Source: Ascidiaceihabitans sp.
GTDB lineage: Bacteria > Pseudomonadota > Alphaproteobacteria > Rhodobacterales > Rhodobacteraceae
DNA length: 64,000 nucleotides
NCBI RefSeq assembly: GCF_039975415.1
Contig: NZ_JBDWHD010000004.1
Direction: 5' to 3' (one strand)
The notes beneath the pieces were generated by a model, which did no database searches, had not been told where the DNA came from, and worked only from the letters and a program-made list of their open reading frames with translations. Positions 48,694-59,127 of this stretch are shown piece after piece; position 1 is the first letter of the stretch, and every line of letters begins with the position of its first letter. A program made the translations under genes and the position numbers.

Positions 48694-50571
48694 TCAGCCT
48701 ACACGACGCATGCCCATGACACGCGCACGTGCACGAGGATCACTATCGAACAAGGCCGCCAGTTGCTCTGTCATGGCACCAGCCAGCTGGTCCACATCTG
48801 TGATCGTCACAGCACGATCGTAATACCGTGTCACGTCATGGCCAATGCCGATCGCCAGCAACTCAACCGCTCGGCGTTTTTCAACCATCGCAATGACGTC
48901 ACGCAGGTGTTTTTCCAAATAGTTGGCAGGGTTCACGGACAATGTGCTGTCATCCACAGGGGCGCCATCCGAAATCACCATCAGGATTTTACGGGCTTCG
49001 GGGCGGGCAGCCATGCGGCGGTGCGCCCATTCAAGTGCTTCACCGTCAATGTTTTCTTTCAGCAGACCTTCTTTCATCATCAATCCAAGGTTTGGACGCG
49101 CACGACGCCATGGGGCATCGGCGGATTTGTAGATGATGTGGCGCAGGTCGTTCAATCGGCCCGGCTGTTGGGGGCGACCATCATTCAGCCATGCTTCACG
49201 TGCTTGGCCACCTTTCCAGGCGCGTGTCGTAAATCCAAGGATTTCGACCTTGACGTTGCAGCGTTCCAGCGTGCGGGCCAGAACGTCCGCGCAAATGGCC
49301 GCGATAGAAATCGGGCGGCCACGCATGGACCCCGAGTTATCAAGCAACAGCGTGACGCAAGTGTCGCGGAATTCGGTGTCTTTTTCGACTTTGAACGACA
49401 ATGGGGTGGTCGGGTTGGCAACCACACGCGCCAAACGGCCTGCGTCCAATGTGCCTTCCTCAAGGTCAAATTCCCACGACCGGTTCTGTTGCGCCTGAAG
49501 CCGGCGTTGCAGCTTGTTCGCAAGACGCGACACAGCGCCTTTCAGTGGCTCAAGCTGCTGGTCCAGATAGGCCCGCAGGCGTTCCAGCTCGACCGGTTCC
49601 GCCAGATCTTCGGCGCGAATTTCTTCGTCGTGGTCCGCAAGATAAACAAGATAATCGGGATCAGCATCAGAAAACGGTTGCGGGGCAGGGGGTTCCAAAG
49701 GCGCTTCGCCGTCCGGCATTTCTGCCTCTTCGCCAAGCTCCTGATCGGCCATTTCGTCCATGGAGACTTCGGCCTGCGACGCGTCTTGCTGTTCGTCCTG
49801 CGACTGCTCGGGCGTGCCTTCGCTTTCTTCGTTGTCCTGATCGTCCTGACCCGTGCTATCGGGTTCTTGTTCCTCTTCGCCGCCATCTTCGGCTTCGTCT
49901 TGTTGGTCATCGTCGATCTGGTCGGGGTCATCGCCCAACTGGTCGCCATACCCTAAATCTTTGATGATCTGCCGCGCAAACTTTGAAAAGGATGCCTGAT
50001 CGTCAAGGATGCCCTCAAGATTGTCCAAGGTGCCGCCTGCTTGCTGTTCGATGAACGGCTGCCACAACTCCATCACGTTTTGCGCACCAGACGGTAAATC
50101 GCGGCCCGTTGCCATGTGGCGGATCAGATAGCCAGCCGCCACAGACAGCGGCGCATCTGACGCCTGTTTGACCTGATCGTAGCCCTTGCGCATGGCCTCA
50201 TGGCCGATTTTGGCATCGATGTTGCCGGCTGTTCCGGGCATGTCGCGTGCACCAACAGCCTCGCAACGGGCGGTTTCCATCGCCTCGTATAATTCCCGTG
50301 CCATTTCACCTTGGGGGGCATAACGGGCGTGGGTCTGGCCATTGTGATAGCGGCGGTTCAGGGCCAGCGCATCTGCTGTGCCGCGCGCCAACAAAACCTC
50401 GTCACGCGTCATGCGGCGGCTAACCTGCGGCAAACGCATCGCGTCGCCGGACAAACCAGCCGGATCGACCGAATAGCTGACATTCAACTCCGGATCGTTG
50501 GCCATGACTTTTGTGGCCTCGGAAAGAGCCTTTTTGAACGCGTCGGCTGGGTTGTCTGATGGATTGCTCAT
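48694..50571 (-). CDS. cobT: Aerobic cobaltochelatase subunit CobT
   Basis: CobT N-terminal region, long acidic linker, C-terminal vWA-like domain ([11 protein letters not shown]). Confidence 0.9.
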   Translation of the reverse strand: MSNPSDNPADAFKKALSEATKVMANDPELNVSYSVDPAGLSGDAMRLPQVSRRMTRDEVLLARGTADALALNRRYHNGQTHARYAPQGEMARELYEAMETARCEAVGARDMPGTAGNIDAKIGHEAMRKGYDQVKQASDAPLSVAAGYLIRHMATGRDLPSGAQNVMELWQPFIEQQAGGTLDNLEGILDDQASFSKFARQIIKDLGYGDQLGDDPDQIDDDQQDEAEDGGEEEQEPDSTGQDDQDNEESEGTPEQSQDEQQDASQAEVSMDEMADQELGEEAEMPDGEAPLEPPAPQPFSDADPDYLVYLADHDEEIRAEDLAEPVELERLRAYLDQQLEPLKGAVSRLANKLQRRLQAQQNRSWEFDLEEGTLDAGRLARVVANPTTPLSFKVEKDTEFRDTCVTLLLDNSGSMRGRPISIAAICADVLARTLERCNVKVEILGFTTRAWKGGQAREAWLNDGRPQQPGRLNDLRHIIYKSADAPWRRARPNLGLMMKEGLLKENIDGEALEWAHRRMAARPEARKILMVISDGAPVDDSTLSVNPANYLEKHLRDVIAMVEKRRAVELLAIGIGHDVTRYYDRAVTITDVDQLAGAMTEQLAALFDSDPRARARVMGMRRVG

Positions 50572-51269
50572 ACGGATACGCCTGTTGAATGATCGGCCAA
50601 ATTGGCCTTGCCGGTTGCGAGATCGACCAGAAGGGATACGTGCACGTCTAATGCGTCGATCACTTTATAGCCTGTGTCGCGCCCGTCAAATGCGAGGTTC
50701 AAATCGGTGCCCGCCAACACAACCGCGTCAGCGCCCGCGTCAATCAGACTTTGACCTTGGTCGAAGAATGCGCTGCGCTGTGCGTCGGTGCAAACACTTG
50801 AAAGGGCCATATCGAGATACATTTGCCCGCTCGCATCAATGTCGGTGGGCGCGATTGCCTTGGTCTTGGTCAATTGCCCATAAAGTTTCGTTCGCATCAC
50901 AACTGCAGTTCCCAAAAGACCAACGATTTCAATGCCTTGTTCCGCAAATGCAGCATCAAGTGGGGCGACGCCACTGACCAAAGGCAACGGGGAAGCGGCC
51001 ACAGTTTCATCAAAGCAAAAATGCCCACCCAAGGACGTGATAACCGCGCAATCGGCACCGGCGGCTTTCAAGCGGTCAATAAGTCCGGCGTAAACCTGAG
51101 CTTGTGCCGCGCGATCATCCGCGAGGTTGTTTTTGACCAGCACATTGGCATCCGCATTGACCATTGTCAGTTCAAGCGGAACACCAGCCAACCGCATCGC
51201 TGCGGTCAGCTGTTGATAATAGACTACTGTAGATGCCGGACCAATGCCGCCGATCAAGCCGAGGTGCAT
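50568..51269 (-). CDS. Asp/Glu/hydantoin racemase-superfamily protein
   Basis: N-terminal IGGIGPAST motif and two-lobed length. The stop forms an ATGA overlap with the cobT start. Confidence 0.75.
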   Translation of the reverse strand: MHLGLIGGIGPASTVVYYQQLTAAMRLAGVPLELTMVNADANVLVKNNLADDRAAQAQVYAGLIDRLKAAGADCAVITSLGGHFCFDETVAASPLPLVSGVAPLDAAFAEQGIEIVGLLGTAVVMRTKLYGQLTKTKAIAPTDIDASGQMYLDMALSSVCTDAQRSAFFDQGQSLIDAGADAVVLAGTDLNLAFDGRDTGYKVIDALDVHVSLLVDLATGKANLADHSTGVSV

Positions 51270-51289
51270 GATGCCTCCCTTGGCTGTGG

Positions 51290-52276
51290 TTAACCCAAGC
51301 TCACTGATGCCGCGCTTTCGGGCAGCTCTTCATCGAACAAGCGCTGATAGAACTCGGCAACCGTCTGGCGCTCAAGCTCGTCGCATTTGTTCAGGAAGGA
51401 CAGGCGGAACGCGTAGCCTACATCGTGGAAAATCTGCGCGTTTTCGGCCCATGCGATGACGGTTCGCGGCGACATCACCGTGGACAAATCACCGTTCATA
51501 AAGGCTGTGCGTGTCAAGTCGGCTACGGTCACCATCTGCTTGACGATCTTGCGGCCGCTTTCCGTGTTGTAATGTGGCGCTTTGCCCAAAACGATGGCGG
51601 TTTCGGCGTCAATTGACAGATAGTTCAGTGTAGACACCAAAGACCAACGGTCCATTTGGCCTTGGTTGATTTGCTGCGTGCCGTGGTAAAGACCCGTGGT
51701 GTCACCCAAACCGACAGTGTTTGCCGTCGCAAAGATGCGGAAATAGGGGTGGGGTTCGATCACCTGGTTCTGGTCAAGCAGCGTCAGCTTACCGTCTTTT
51801 TCCAAAACCCGCTGGATCACAAACATGACGTCCGCGCGGCCTGCGTCGTATTCGTCAAACACAATCGCAGTTGGATTGCGCAGCGCCCAAGGCAGAATAC
51901 CTTCTTGGAAATCAGTGACTTGCTTGCCGTCTTTCAGCTTGATGGCGTCTTTACCGATCAGGTCGATCCGGGAAATGTGGCTGTCGAGGTTCACACGTAC
52001 AGCAGGCCAGTTCAAACGGGACGCCACCTGTTCGATGTGCGTGGATTTGCCTGTGCCGTGATAGCCTTGGATCATCACACGACGATTGTTGTTGAAGCCT
52101 GCAAGGATCGCCATCGTTGTGTCGGGATCAAACTTGTAGGTGCTGTCAAATTCCGGCACCCGCTCTGTGCGGTCCGCAAAGCCTTTAACAACCATATCTG
52201 TATCAATACCAAAGACGTCGCGAACGGAAATCTCTTGAGTTGGTTTTGCATTGATGTCCATTGCACCATCCGCCAT
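51290..52276 (-). CDS. cobS: Aerobic cobaltochelatase subunit CobS (AAA+ MoxR-like)
   Basis: [13 protein letters not shown] Walker A, VFDEYDAG Walker B, CobS-specific N-terminus. Confidence 0.93.
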   Translation of the reverse strand: MADGAMDINAKPTQEISVRDVFGIDTDMVVKGFADRTERVPEFDSTYKFDPDTTMAILAGFNNNRRVMIQGYHGTGKSTHIEQVASRLNWPAVRVNLDSHISRIDLIGKDAIKLKDGKQVTDFQEGILPWALRNPTAIVFDEYDAGRADVMFVIQRVLEKDGKLTLLDQNQVIEPHPYFRIFATANTVGLGDTTGLYHGTQQINQGQMDRWSLVSTLNYLSIDAETAIVLGKAPHYNTESGRKIVKQMVTVADLTRTAFMNGDLSTVMSPRTVIAWAENAQIFHDVGYAFRLSFLNKCDELERQTVAEFYQRLFDEELPESAASVSLG

Positions 52277-52422
52277 CGCACGTCGTCCTTTTGTTGAATA
52301 TGTCAGCTGAAAAAACTGTTCAGCACGTCGTGCAACATATCGCGCGAAAGGACAAGGGGAAGGGCCAATATCTGTCTACCGATGACGCCAGTTGATGACG
52401 CAGCGTCAATTGCGGGTGCAGG

Positions 52423-52818
52423 TCAGGGCAACGCCATCATTGCCGTGGGGCAGTGACCCACGTCCTGTGCGGCATAGCTGACCAGTGCTTCGAGATCACG
52501 GGTGGGCAGGGGTTTGCGCAGCAACCAGTCAACGCCGGGGGTAAAGACGGAATGTTCGCCGTGAATGAAAACCGGATTGCCCGTTATCATGATGACACGC
52601 GAATTGGGACAAAACATCGACACATGATCGCTTAAGCGTTCTGTGGTGCCGTCCGGCATTTGATATTCCATGACAACAAGTTCGTATTTGGCACAGGCCA
52701 GTTTGCGCATGGCAGCGGAAATGCTGTACACGCAAACCGCATCATGGCCCATTTCTTCCATTAGCCCGTGTAGAATGTCGCACAGCTGTGGGTCGTCTTC
52801 TACAATCAAACATTTCAT
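52423..52818 (-). CDS. Stand-alone receiver-domain protein with Glu at the phospho-acceptor position
   Basis: CLIVEDD acidic pocket, VIMITG (Thr) and LLRKP (Lys) are present. The canonical hhhhD is LVVME (EYQMPDG aligns with DWNMP of CheY). ATG 52818. Confidence 0.75.
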   Translation of the reverse strand: MKCLIVEDDPQLCDILHGLMEEMGHDAVCVYSISAAMRKLACAKYELVVMEYQMPDGTTERLSDHVSMFCPNSRVIMITGNPVFIHGEHSVFTPGVDWLLRKPLPTRDLEALVSYAAQDVGHCPTAMMALP

Positions 52819-52938
52819 CGCATGCCTGCCATTTTTTTTGGGTGGCACGGTTTTGCGGTGGGCGACTTAACCCCGGTCAAATCGCCTCGCAACCTAAAGA
52901 CGTGTGATTCTTCCGTGGCGATGGTGAATTCCAACGCA

Positions 52939-52961
52939 AGAAAAAGGGGCCCAAAGGCCCC
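52939..52961 (-). terminator. Rho-independent terminator after the J-domain gene
   Basis: On the minus strand: GGGGCC-UUUG-GGCCCC followed by UUUUU (plus-strand A-run 52941-52945). Confidence 0.65.
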
Positions 52962-52992
52962 TTGTCACTGCAACATTCAAAGACGTATGGTT

Positions 52993-53622
52993 TCAATCTT
53001 TAAAGCTGCGGCTGCCTTTCAATTGGTCCCATGCCCAAACAACTTCCTGCAGCTGTTCTTCTTGGGACCGGTCGCCGCCGTTCATATCCGGGTGCAACAC
53101 CTTGATAAGCGCTTTGTATGCTTTGCGGATTTCCTTTTTGGTCGCATTATCATCGACTTCCAGAACCTCGACTGCTCGGCGTTCTGTCGGGGCTAGCTTA
53201 CGGCCTGTTTTGGCACCACCGCGTCCGGGGTTTTGCGTTGCATTTGCACCCAGAACCTGATGGGGGTCTTCGATACCCAACCGCGCCCAAGCCCGCGCTT
53301 CGGGGTCTCCGACCGGTTTTGTGGCCCGTTCCCAGACCTTATCCTTAGACTGTTGGGCGTTGATTTCGGCTTCGGTTGTGCCGTCGAAGAAATTCCATTT
53401 CAAATTGTACTCGCGGACGTGCTGCTGACAGAACCAAAAGAAGTCGTCCAACACATCAGGGGCCTTTGGTGCGCGGAACTTTCCGGCCTCATTGCAGCCC
53501 TCATGGTCACAGATACGACGAGACGTCTCGGATGCCCCGGACATGCCGCGACGACCACGCGGGTTTTTCTTTTTGGCAGAGGATACGGACATATCGAATC
53601 CGAAGGGGTCAGACTTAGACAT
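52993..53622 (-). CDS. J-domain (DnaJ-like) protein
   Basis: C-terminal J domain with HPD (KKEIRKAYKALIKVLHPDMNGGD). N-terminal Cys/His-containing region. Confidence 0.85.
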   Translation of the reverse strand: MSKSDPFGFDMSVSSAKKKNPRGRRGMSGASETSRRICDHEGCNEAGKFRAPKAPDVLDDFFWFCQQHVREYNLKWNFFDGTTEAEINAQQSKDKVWERATKPVGDPEARAWARLGIEDPHQVLGANATQNPGRGGAKTGRKLAPTERRAVEVLEVDDNATKKEIRKAYKALIKVLHPDMNGGDRSQEEQLQEVVWAWDQLKGSRSFKD

Positions 53623-53695
53623 CAGGAATACCTTTTCGACTCAGGCTGTGCAGTTTAGATGAAGGAGAAACGGTGCCAAGGGGGCAGAGACACAA

Positions 53696-53965
53696 ATGGG
53701 CGAAAAAATGCGGGTTGCAGACGAAATGGAAATGCGTCTTAGCGAGGCCTTCGCGCCGCGCGAGCTGCAGGTGGTGGACGACAGCGAAAGCCATCGTGGG
53801 CATTCAGGGTTTCAGGAAGGCGGCGAAAGCCATTTCAATGTGCGTATCCGGTCCGCCGCGTTTGAAGGGCAATCCCGGATCGCCCGTCACCGTGCTGTTC
53901 ACGCGGCTTTGGGCAAAGAACTTGTGGGGCGCATTCATGCCCTGGCCCTTGATCTGGACATTTAG
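53696..53965 (+). CDS. BolA-family protein
   Basis: LQVVDDSESHRGH...HFNVRIRSAAFEG.SR..RHR.V pattern. The start may be the second Met (53708). Confidence 0.85.
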   Translation: MGEKMRVADEMEMRLSEAFAPRELQVVDDSESHRGHSGFQEGGESHFNVRIRSAAFEGQSRIARHRAVHAALGKELVGRIHALALDLDI

Positions 53966-53974
53966 GTCTGCGGC

Positions 53975-54481
53975 TTAATCGCTTGTTTCTTTGGGTTTTC
54001 TTGAAGCTGCAAGGCGTTCAAGCGAATTTGTCATGCCAGCGACGTCGGACAGCTCTTCAACGCCATTGTCCGACAGCATCCGGGTGGCCCCGTCTTGGCC
54101 GCCGGGGTGTTCATCTTCGGCTTCATACGCATCTGCGGCGTCTTCAACGAGCTCTTCTGCCGGGGCTTCCATGACATCGTCTTTTGCATCCAAAGCGACG
54201 GGTGCAGGGGCGGCCAGCAGTTCAGGTGTGAAGTTTGAAAGATCATCTTCACGAAGCTTGCGAAACACCAGCACATTGCGCCATTCGGTGGTGGTTTTGG
54301 TTAGGCCCGCACGCTCGATTGATGGCAAGGTTTCGGCGCGTTGATATTCCCAACCCTCTGCCCCCATCGTGTTCATCAGATCAGCCAACGCATTGGCAAA
54401 TCGCGCTTCGGGCGTGCGTATTCCCTTGGCTTTAAGACCCTTTTGTGGGGCTGGAACGACGCGATACTGGTAGTTTGGCAT
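53975..54481 (-). CDS. DUF4177-like protein with an acidic C-terminal tail
   Basis: N-terminal YQYRVVPAP...GAEGWEY module. I chose ATG 54481. The family name is from memory. Confidence 0.55.
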   Translation of the reverse strand: MPNYQYRVVPAPQKGLKAKGIRTPEARFANALADLMNTMGAEGWEYQRAETLPSIERAGLTKTTTEWRNVLVFRKLREDDLSNFTPELLAAPAPVALDAKDDVMEAPAEELVEDAADAYEAEDEHPGGQDGATRMLSDNGVEELSDVAGMTNSLERLAASRKPKETSD

Positions 54482-54691
54482 GATGCACCTTTGGCGATTG
54501 AGGTGGCGGTATAGCAGGGGGCGGAAAGGGGGAAAAGGGGGCTCTTCAAAACGTATGGCGTCGAAATTCCGGCTAAAACGGTCCTGTGGCGCGACTTTCG
54601 TAGACTTTCTATGTCTGTTCAAAAACCTGCCGCGCCAGAAAACGTATTAAAAGGCCTTTTGGCCCTTTTTTGCGCTGTCGTCGCAGGGGGA

Positions 54692-55171
54692 TCACCCTTT
54701 TCGTTTGATCCCGATGCTGCGTCCTGCCCGTTCTGGTCGAGGCAGCGATTTATGCGCTTCGAACATTTTGCCGACATTGGCAAGAACGTCCGCCGGCATG
54801 GGCGCGACTTTGGGGCCGGATTGATCCACGTGCAGTGTCAAAGCCTCGCCCGTGGCTGCCAGCCACCCGTCTTCGTGCCAAAGCTCTTGATACATGTGGA
54901 ACCGTTTTGCATCAAAATCCAGCATTTGAATGGTGCCGTAGACACGGTCGCCTTCATGCAGTTCGCGCACATAGCAGACGTGGAATTCGGCCACATATGT
55001 CGTGCAGCCTGTGTTCTTGAGGTAGTCGGGGCCAAAGCCGAACAGGGGATACGCCTCGTCCGCGGTTTGGTCCATCAGCACCGAATAATAAGCCATGTTG
55101 AGGTGGCCGTTGTAGTCGATCCATTCAGGCCGGATGGTGAGCAGGTCGGAGCGGAAGGGAGCATTTTTCAT
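54692..55171 (-). CDS. Hotdog-fold acyl-CoA thioesterase-family protein
   Basis: IRPEWIDYNGHLNMAYY...YVAEFHVCYVRE pattern of 4HBT-type thioesterases. ATG 55171. Confidence 0.78.
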   Translation of the reverse strand: MKNAPFRSDLLTIRPEWIDYNGHLNMAYYSVLMDQTADEAYPLFGFGPDYLKNTGCTTYVAEFHVCYVRELHEGDRVYGTIQMLDFDAKRFHMYQELWHEDGWLAATGEALTLHVDQSGPKVAPMPADVLANVGKMFEAHKSLPRPERAGRSIGIKRKG

Positions 55172-55223
55172 AGGGCGATGTTGTGCGCCAATGGTCGTTG
55201 CGTCAACCGCAACGCGGCGTCGC

Positions 55224-56281
55224 CTAGCCTTTGGAGAGGTGTTCAAGCATGTGACAAGCGGTGTTATTTTCCAACTCACAGGCCCGTGTCAGGTGGTCGA
55301 CAGCCGTTTGCAACTCGTTCGGATCGTTGGATTTTTTGTAAATGCGCAGGTGCGTGCGGCCGATATTAGTGCAACTTTTCACAGCACCCGCGCGACAAGC
55401 GGTGTCTTGCAGGGAGGCTTTGTCGAGTGACTGATTGCTTGGGGAAAGCTTAACCAAAACCTGACAATGAGCAGCGTTTCCGTTGGCACAGGTGCCTTTT
55501 AGCGCGGCAATCCACTGGTCGCGAACGGGGACCTCGACCGCTTGGTTGCGTTTGATAAGGGCCAACCGTCCAATTGCGCTGTTTAGGCTAAAACATGCAG
55601 ATGGTGTGGTTGGCGTGCAGCTCTTGAAAAGCAGTGGGATATGCTCGAAAGCGGATGTTTCAAATTCATCATAGTCAAACAAAAGCCCGCCCAAGGCTGC
55701 ACAAGCCCCCGCAGTTTGTGCCGCACATGCAACCCTCAGGTTTGCGATCTGGGTGCGGGCCGTTGTTGTCAGTAGGTTTTCATAGAGCGCGGATTGTTCT
55801 GACAGGCCGCGTTCGGCTTGCGCGCGCGTTTGTCCTTTGGCCACTTCCAGGGCGATTCCAATGTCTATGAGTTCCGGTTTGTAGAACGGAAACGCGATGG
55901 AGCGCCAATAGCACGCCTCTGCCTGCCCGTTGGTGCATCCTTTCTCCGTGTACTCCAAATAGGCTTTCATGCGCCCTAAGTCGCTATAGCGGCCCGTTTC
56001 AGGCAGGCCGGGAAACGGGTTCCCCACGTCGCCCAAAAACGTAACACATAGTGTAATTTTCACCGCTGCACCCCGCATGCGCCCCATCAATCTCCATCTT
56101 TTTCAATGCGACGGCACGGGTTGGGTCATTTGGAAACGGCGGTGCGTCCCAATTCCCGAGATAGCGGTTCGCCAAGCTGCCGCATTCAAACAGGTCAGAA
56201 GGGTCACACGTGTTCGGGTAGCCGTCTTGCGCGATTGCACCCGCACTTAGGAAAGGCAAGAAGGGCGAGGGCAAACCGCAT
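55224..56281 (-). pseudogene. Cys-rich Sel1/Hcp-like repeat protein gene interrupted by two frameshifts (or split)
   Basis: ATG 56281, 4 nt after the gatB stop, opens the signal peptide MRFALALLAF. The frame must shift near 56249-56254 to continue as LSAGAIAQDGYP, and again in the plus-strand A5 run at 56035-56039 to reach the long ORF ending at 55224. Confidence 0.5.
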
Positions 56282-56285
56282 CGCG

Positions 56286-57797
56286 TTATCCTTGCAGCTT
56301 CTGTGCGACCAGTTGGTTCACCGCTTTGGGATTGGCTTTGCCCCCCGTCGCTTTCATCACTTGACCCACGAACCAGCCGGCGAGTTTGGGGTTCTCTTTG
56401 GCTTTTTCGACTTGGGCGGGGTTGGCGGCGATGATGTCGTCGAGTGCGGCCTCGATGGGGCCGAGGTCTGTGACCTGTTTCATGCCTTTTTCTTCGACGA
56501 TTTTCGCGGGGTCGCCGCCGTCGGTGTAGACGATTTCAAAGAGGTCTTTGGCGATTTTGCCGCTGATGGCGTCCGAGGCGATCAGGTCAATGATGCCGCC
56601 GAGTTGAGTGGGCGTTACGGGGCTGTTTTCGATGTCTTTGTCGTCTTTTTTCAAGCGCCCAAAGAGTTCGTTGATGACCCAGTTGGCGGAGGCTTTGCCG
56701 TCACGGCCCTGTGCGACTTGTTCAAAGTAGTCCGCGGACTCCAATTCTGCTGTCAGAACTGAGGCGTCATAGTCTGTCAGCCCAAAGTCATTGATAAAGC
56801 GCGACTTTTTCGCATCGGGCAGCTCGGGCAAATTTGCCTCGATGTCATCTACCCACGCCTGTTCTATTTCCAAAGGCAGCAGGTCGGGGTCGGGGAAATA
56901 GCGGTAATCATGCGCCTCTTCTTTGGAGCGCATAGAGCGTGTTTCGCCTTTGTCGGGATCATACAGCCGTGTTTCTTGGTCGACTGTGCCGCCGCCCTCG
57001 ACGATTTTGATTTGGCGTGCAGCCTCGACCATGATGGCTTGCTGGATGAAGCGCATGGAGTTCATGTTTTTGATTTCGCAACGTGTGCCAAGGTGGCTGA
57101 AATCCTGGGTCGCTTGGTATTTTTCGTACTGACCGGGCAAGCAGATCGATACGTTCACGTCCGCGCGCATCGCACCCGATTGCATGTCGCCGTTGCAGGT
57201 TCCCAGATAACGTAAAATCTGGCGCAGTTTCGTGAGATAAGCGGCGGCCTCTTCCGGTCCGCGAATGTCAGGTTTGGACACGATTTCCATCAGGCACACG
57301 CCTGTGCGGTTCACGTCCACAAAGGACATGTTGGGGTCCATGTCGTGGATGGATTTGCCCGCGTCCTGTTCCATGTGGATGCGTTCGACCCGTACGTTAC
57401 GTGCGGTGCCGTCGCCCATTTCGACCAAGACTTCGCCTTCACCAACGATGGGGTGATAAAGCTGGCTGATTTGGTAGCCTTGGGGCAGGTCGGGATAGAA
57501 GTAGTTTTTGCGGTCAAAGGCAGATTTCAGGTTGATCTCGGCCTTGAGCCCCAATCCTGTGCGCACGGCTTGTTCGATGCAATATTCGTTGATGACGGGC
57601 AGCATGCCGGGCATGGCGGCGTCCACAAACGACACGTTTGAATTGGGCTCTGACCCGAATTGAGTGGAGGCCCCCGAAAAGAGTTTCGCGTTCGAGGCGA
57701 CTTGGGCGTGCACCTCCATGCCGATCACCAATTCCCAATCATGCTGTGCGCCAGCAATCGTTTTGATCTTCGGGCTGTCGTAGGTCAGGTCAAGCAT
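56286..57797 (-). CDS. gatB: Asp-tRNA(Asn)/Glu-tRNA(Gln) amidotransferase subunit B
   Basis: [13 protein letters not shown]..., [25 protein letters not shown], and a C-terminal YqeY-like domain. ATG 57797, with AAGAGG upstream. Confidence 0.95.
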   Translation of the reverse strand: MLDLTYDSPKIKTIAGAQHDWELVIGMEVHAQVASNAKLFSGASTQFGSEPNSNVSFVDAAMPGMLPVINEYCIEQAVRTGLGLKAEINLKSAFDRKNYFYPDLPQGYQISQLYHPIVGEGEVLVEMGDGTARNVRVERIHMEQDAGKSIHDMDPNMSFVDVNRTGVCLMEIVSKPDIRGPEEAAAYLTKLRQILRYLGTCNGDMQSGAMRADVNVSICLPGQYEKYQATQDFSHLGTRCEIKNMNSMRFIQQAIMVEAARQIKIVEGGGTVDQETRLYDPDKGETRSMRSKEEAHDYRYFPDPDLLPLEIEQAWVDDIEANLPELPDAKKSRFINDFGLTDYDASVLTAELESADYFEQVAQGRDGKASANWVINELFGRLKKDDKDIENSPVTPTQLGGIIDLIASDAISGKIAKDLFEIVYTDGGDPAKIVEEKGMKQVTDLGPIEAALDDIIAANPAQVEKAKENPKLAGWFVGQVMKATGGKANPKAVNQLVAQKLQG

Positions 57798-57952
57798 GTG
57801 CGGGCCTCTTGGGTGTGCGTTTGCCTTGTCATAAATCACGGTCTGGATGGGGGCAAGCGCGGATGGGGGCCAGCCGCCGACGCTTTACGTCTTCCTAGGG
57901 ATTTTTTGGGGGAAAGGACTTTATTATGGGGGGTGGGTCCGCAGAGAGCGTT

Positions 57953-58468
57953 TTAAGTATCGGGAAAGGTGTTGTGCACCCACCGCATGACGTCATGCTT
58001 TGATTGTAGGTGATATTTTTGCAGATGTGGTGGTGCCGTTTCGAACCAGTTTTTCAGCGAAGCCCGCCCGCTGTGCCGCGTGCGCCAAATCCAGCGATAA
58101 AAAGTTGCGTCTAGGCGTTCCGGGCAGCCTTTAGGTAAATCGGGGCGGTTTGATCCGTAGTGTTTCACCGATCGCCACAATGCGCGACGCAAGCGTAAAG
58201 GGGCAGGTAGGTCCAACCAGATCAGGGTGTCGGCCCGCGCCATGCGTTGTGGATAGGTTGTAGAATTTCCACCCTCAAAGACCCACCGGTCTTGGGCAAT
58301 AGCATCCAGAACAAGCGGAGTTTTTTCGGCTTGTGTGCGTTCTATCCAGCCGGTTTTCCAATGGATCAGGTCGATATGGACCACAGGCAAATTGCCGCGG
58401 CGACCGATGTCTCGGGCCAAGGTCGATTTGCCTGATCCAGCTTGACCGATGATCATGATTCTGTTCAT
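57953..58468 (-). CDS. P-loop kinase-like protein (topology-modulation/adenylate-kinase-like family)
   Basis: IMIIGQAGSGKSTLA Walker A. The 171-aa size fits the family. Confidence 0.7.
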   Translation of the reverse strand: MNRIMIIGQAGSGKSTLARDIGRRGNLPVVHIDLIHWKTGWIERTQAEKTPLVLDAIAQDRWVFEGGNSTTYPQRMARADTLIWLDLPAPLRLRRALWRSVKHYGSNRPDLPKGCPERLDATFYRWIWRTRHSGRASLKNWFETAPPHLQKYHLQSKHDVMRWVHNTFPDT

Positions 58469-58596
58469 CCCGCAATTGATACAAACGGGCAGGGCGTTGG
58501 TCTAGGCTAATGCGCCCTGAGCCTACGGCGTGCTGGTCTGCGGCATTGCGGCCTATGGCACATGTGGATGTGCAGACTTAGGGTCACGCTGAAAGG

Positions 58597-59103
58597 ATGT
58601 GCCCCATGGACATCAAAGAATGCGACCTGCCTGAAACAGCCCTGCATGCGTACCACCTGTCAGAGCCAATCACCTACACGGATTGCTTTACCTGCGACGT
58701 AAAGCGGGACGTTGATTTACAATCTTTTATCTCGGCTTTCTACACCACTGGGATATTCAAATCCGAACGGCTGGTTTTGCGCCTTTTGGCCCGTGCCCCG
58801 TCCAATGATGCAGACGTTTTGGCCTTGGCGTCCGGGACTTCTACGACTTTGGCTGTCTGGAAGGTTGAAGCCCGCGCAAAGGATCAGATTGTGCTGGATG
58901 CAGGGCGTACCAAATCATGGCTGCACGTGGCCCCGAGCGATACGGGGACGCGACTTTTTTTCGGGTCCGTTGTTGTGCCGGAACCTGCCAAGAACGGCAG
59001 GCCACCCCGTATGGGACCGGTGTTTGAGACGCTTTTAACGCCCCACAAGCTTTATTCGCGTCTGTTGCTTGCTGCTGCAGCACGGCGGTTGGCATCGGCT
59101 TGA
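58597..59103 (+). CDS. Hypothetical protein
   Basis: 168-aa ORF of normal composition. I recognise no motif with confidence. Confidence 0.5.
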   Translation: MCPMDIKECDLPETALHAYHLSEPITYTDCFTCDVKRDVDLQSFISAFYTTGIFKSERLVLRLLARAPSNDADVLALASGTSTTLAVWKVEARAKDQIVLDAGRTKSWLHVAPSDTGTRLFFGSVVVPEPAKNGRPPRMGPVFETLLTPHKLYSRLLLAAAARRLASA

Positions 59104-59127
59104 CCAACGCCGGAACCGTGCACGCAA

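Noticed and set aside
48529-49956. 475-aa plus-strand ORF antisense to cobT. Similar long antisense ORFs lie at 21785..22876 (mraY), 41646..42683 (bamD), 18670..19551 and 19929..20777 (ftsI/murE/murF), 11145..11729 (nitroreductase) and 12602..13165 (apbC).
   Set aside because: Each lies opposite a gene with clear family motifs and has Arg/Gly/His-rich composition with no motifs. I treated all of them as shadow ORFs.
51270-52422. I looked for a cobalamin riboswitch (B12 box) upstream of cobS and cobT.
   Set aside because: I could find no B12-box-like GCCACTG core or the associated multi-stem architecture in the short leaders.
54648-54671. AAAAGGCC-tttt-GGCCCTTTTTT hairpin downstream of the thioesterase gene as a terminator.
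   Set aside because: The GC stem is only 4 bp, which is too weak to call. It may still act as a weak bidirectional terminator.
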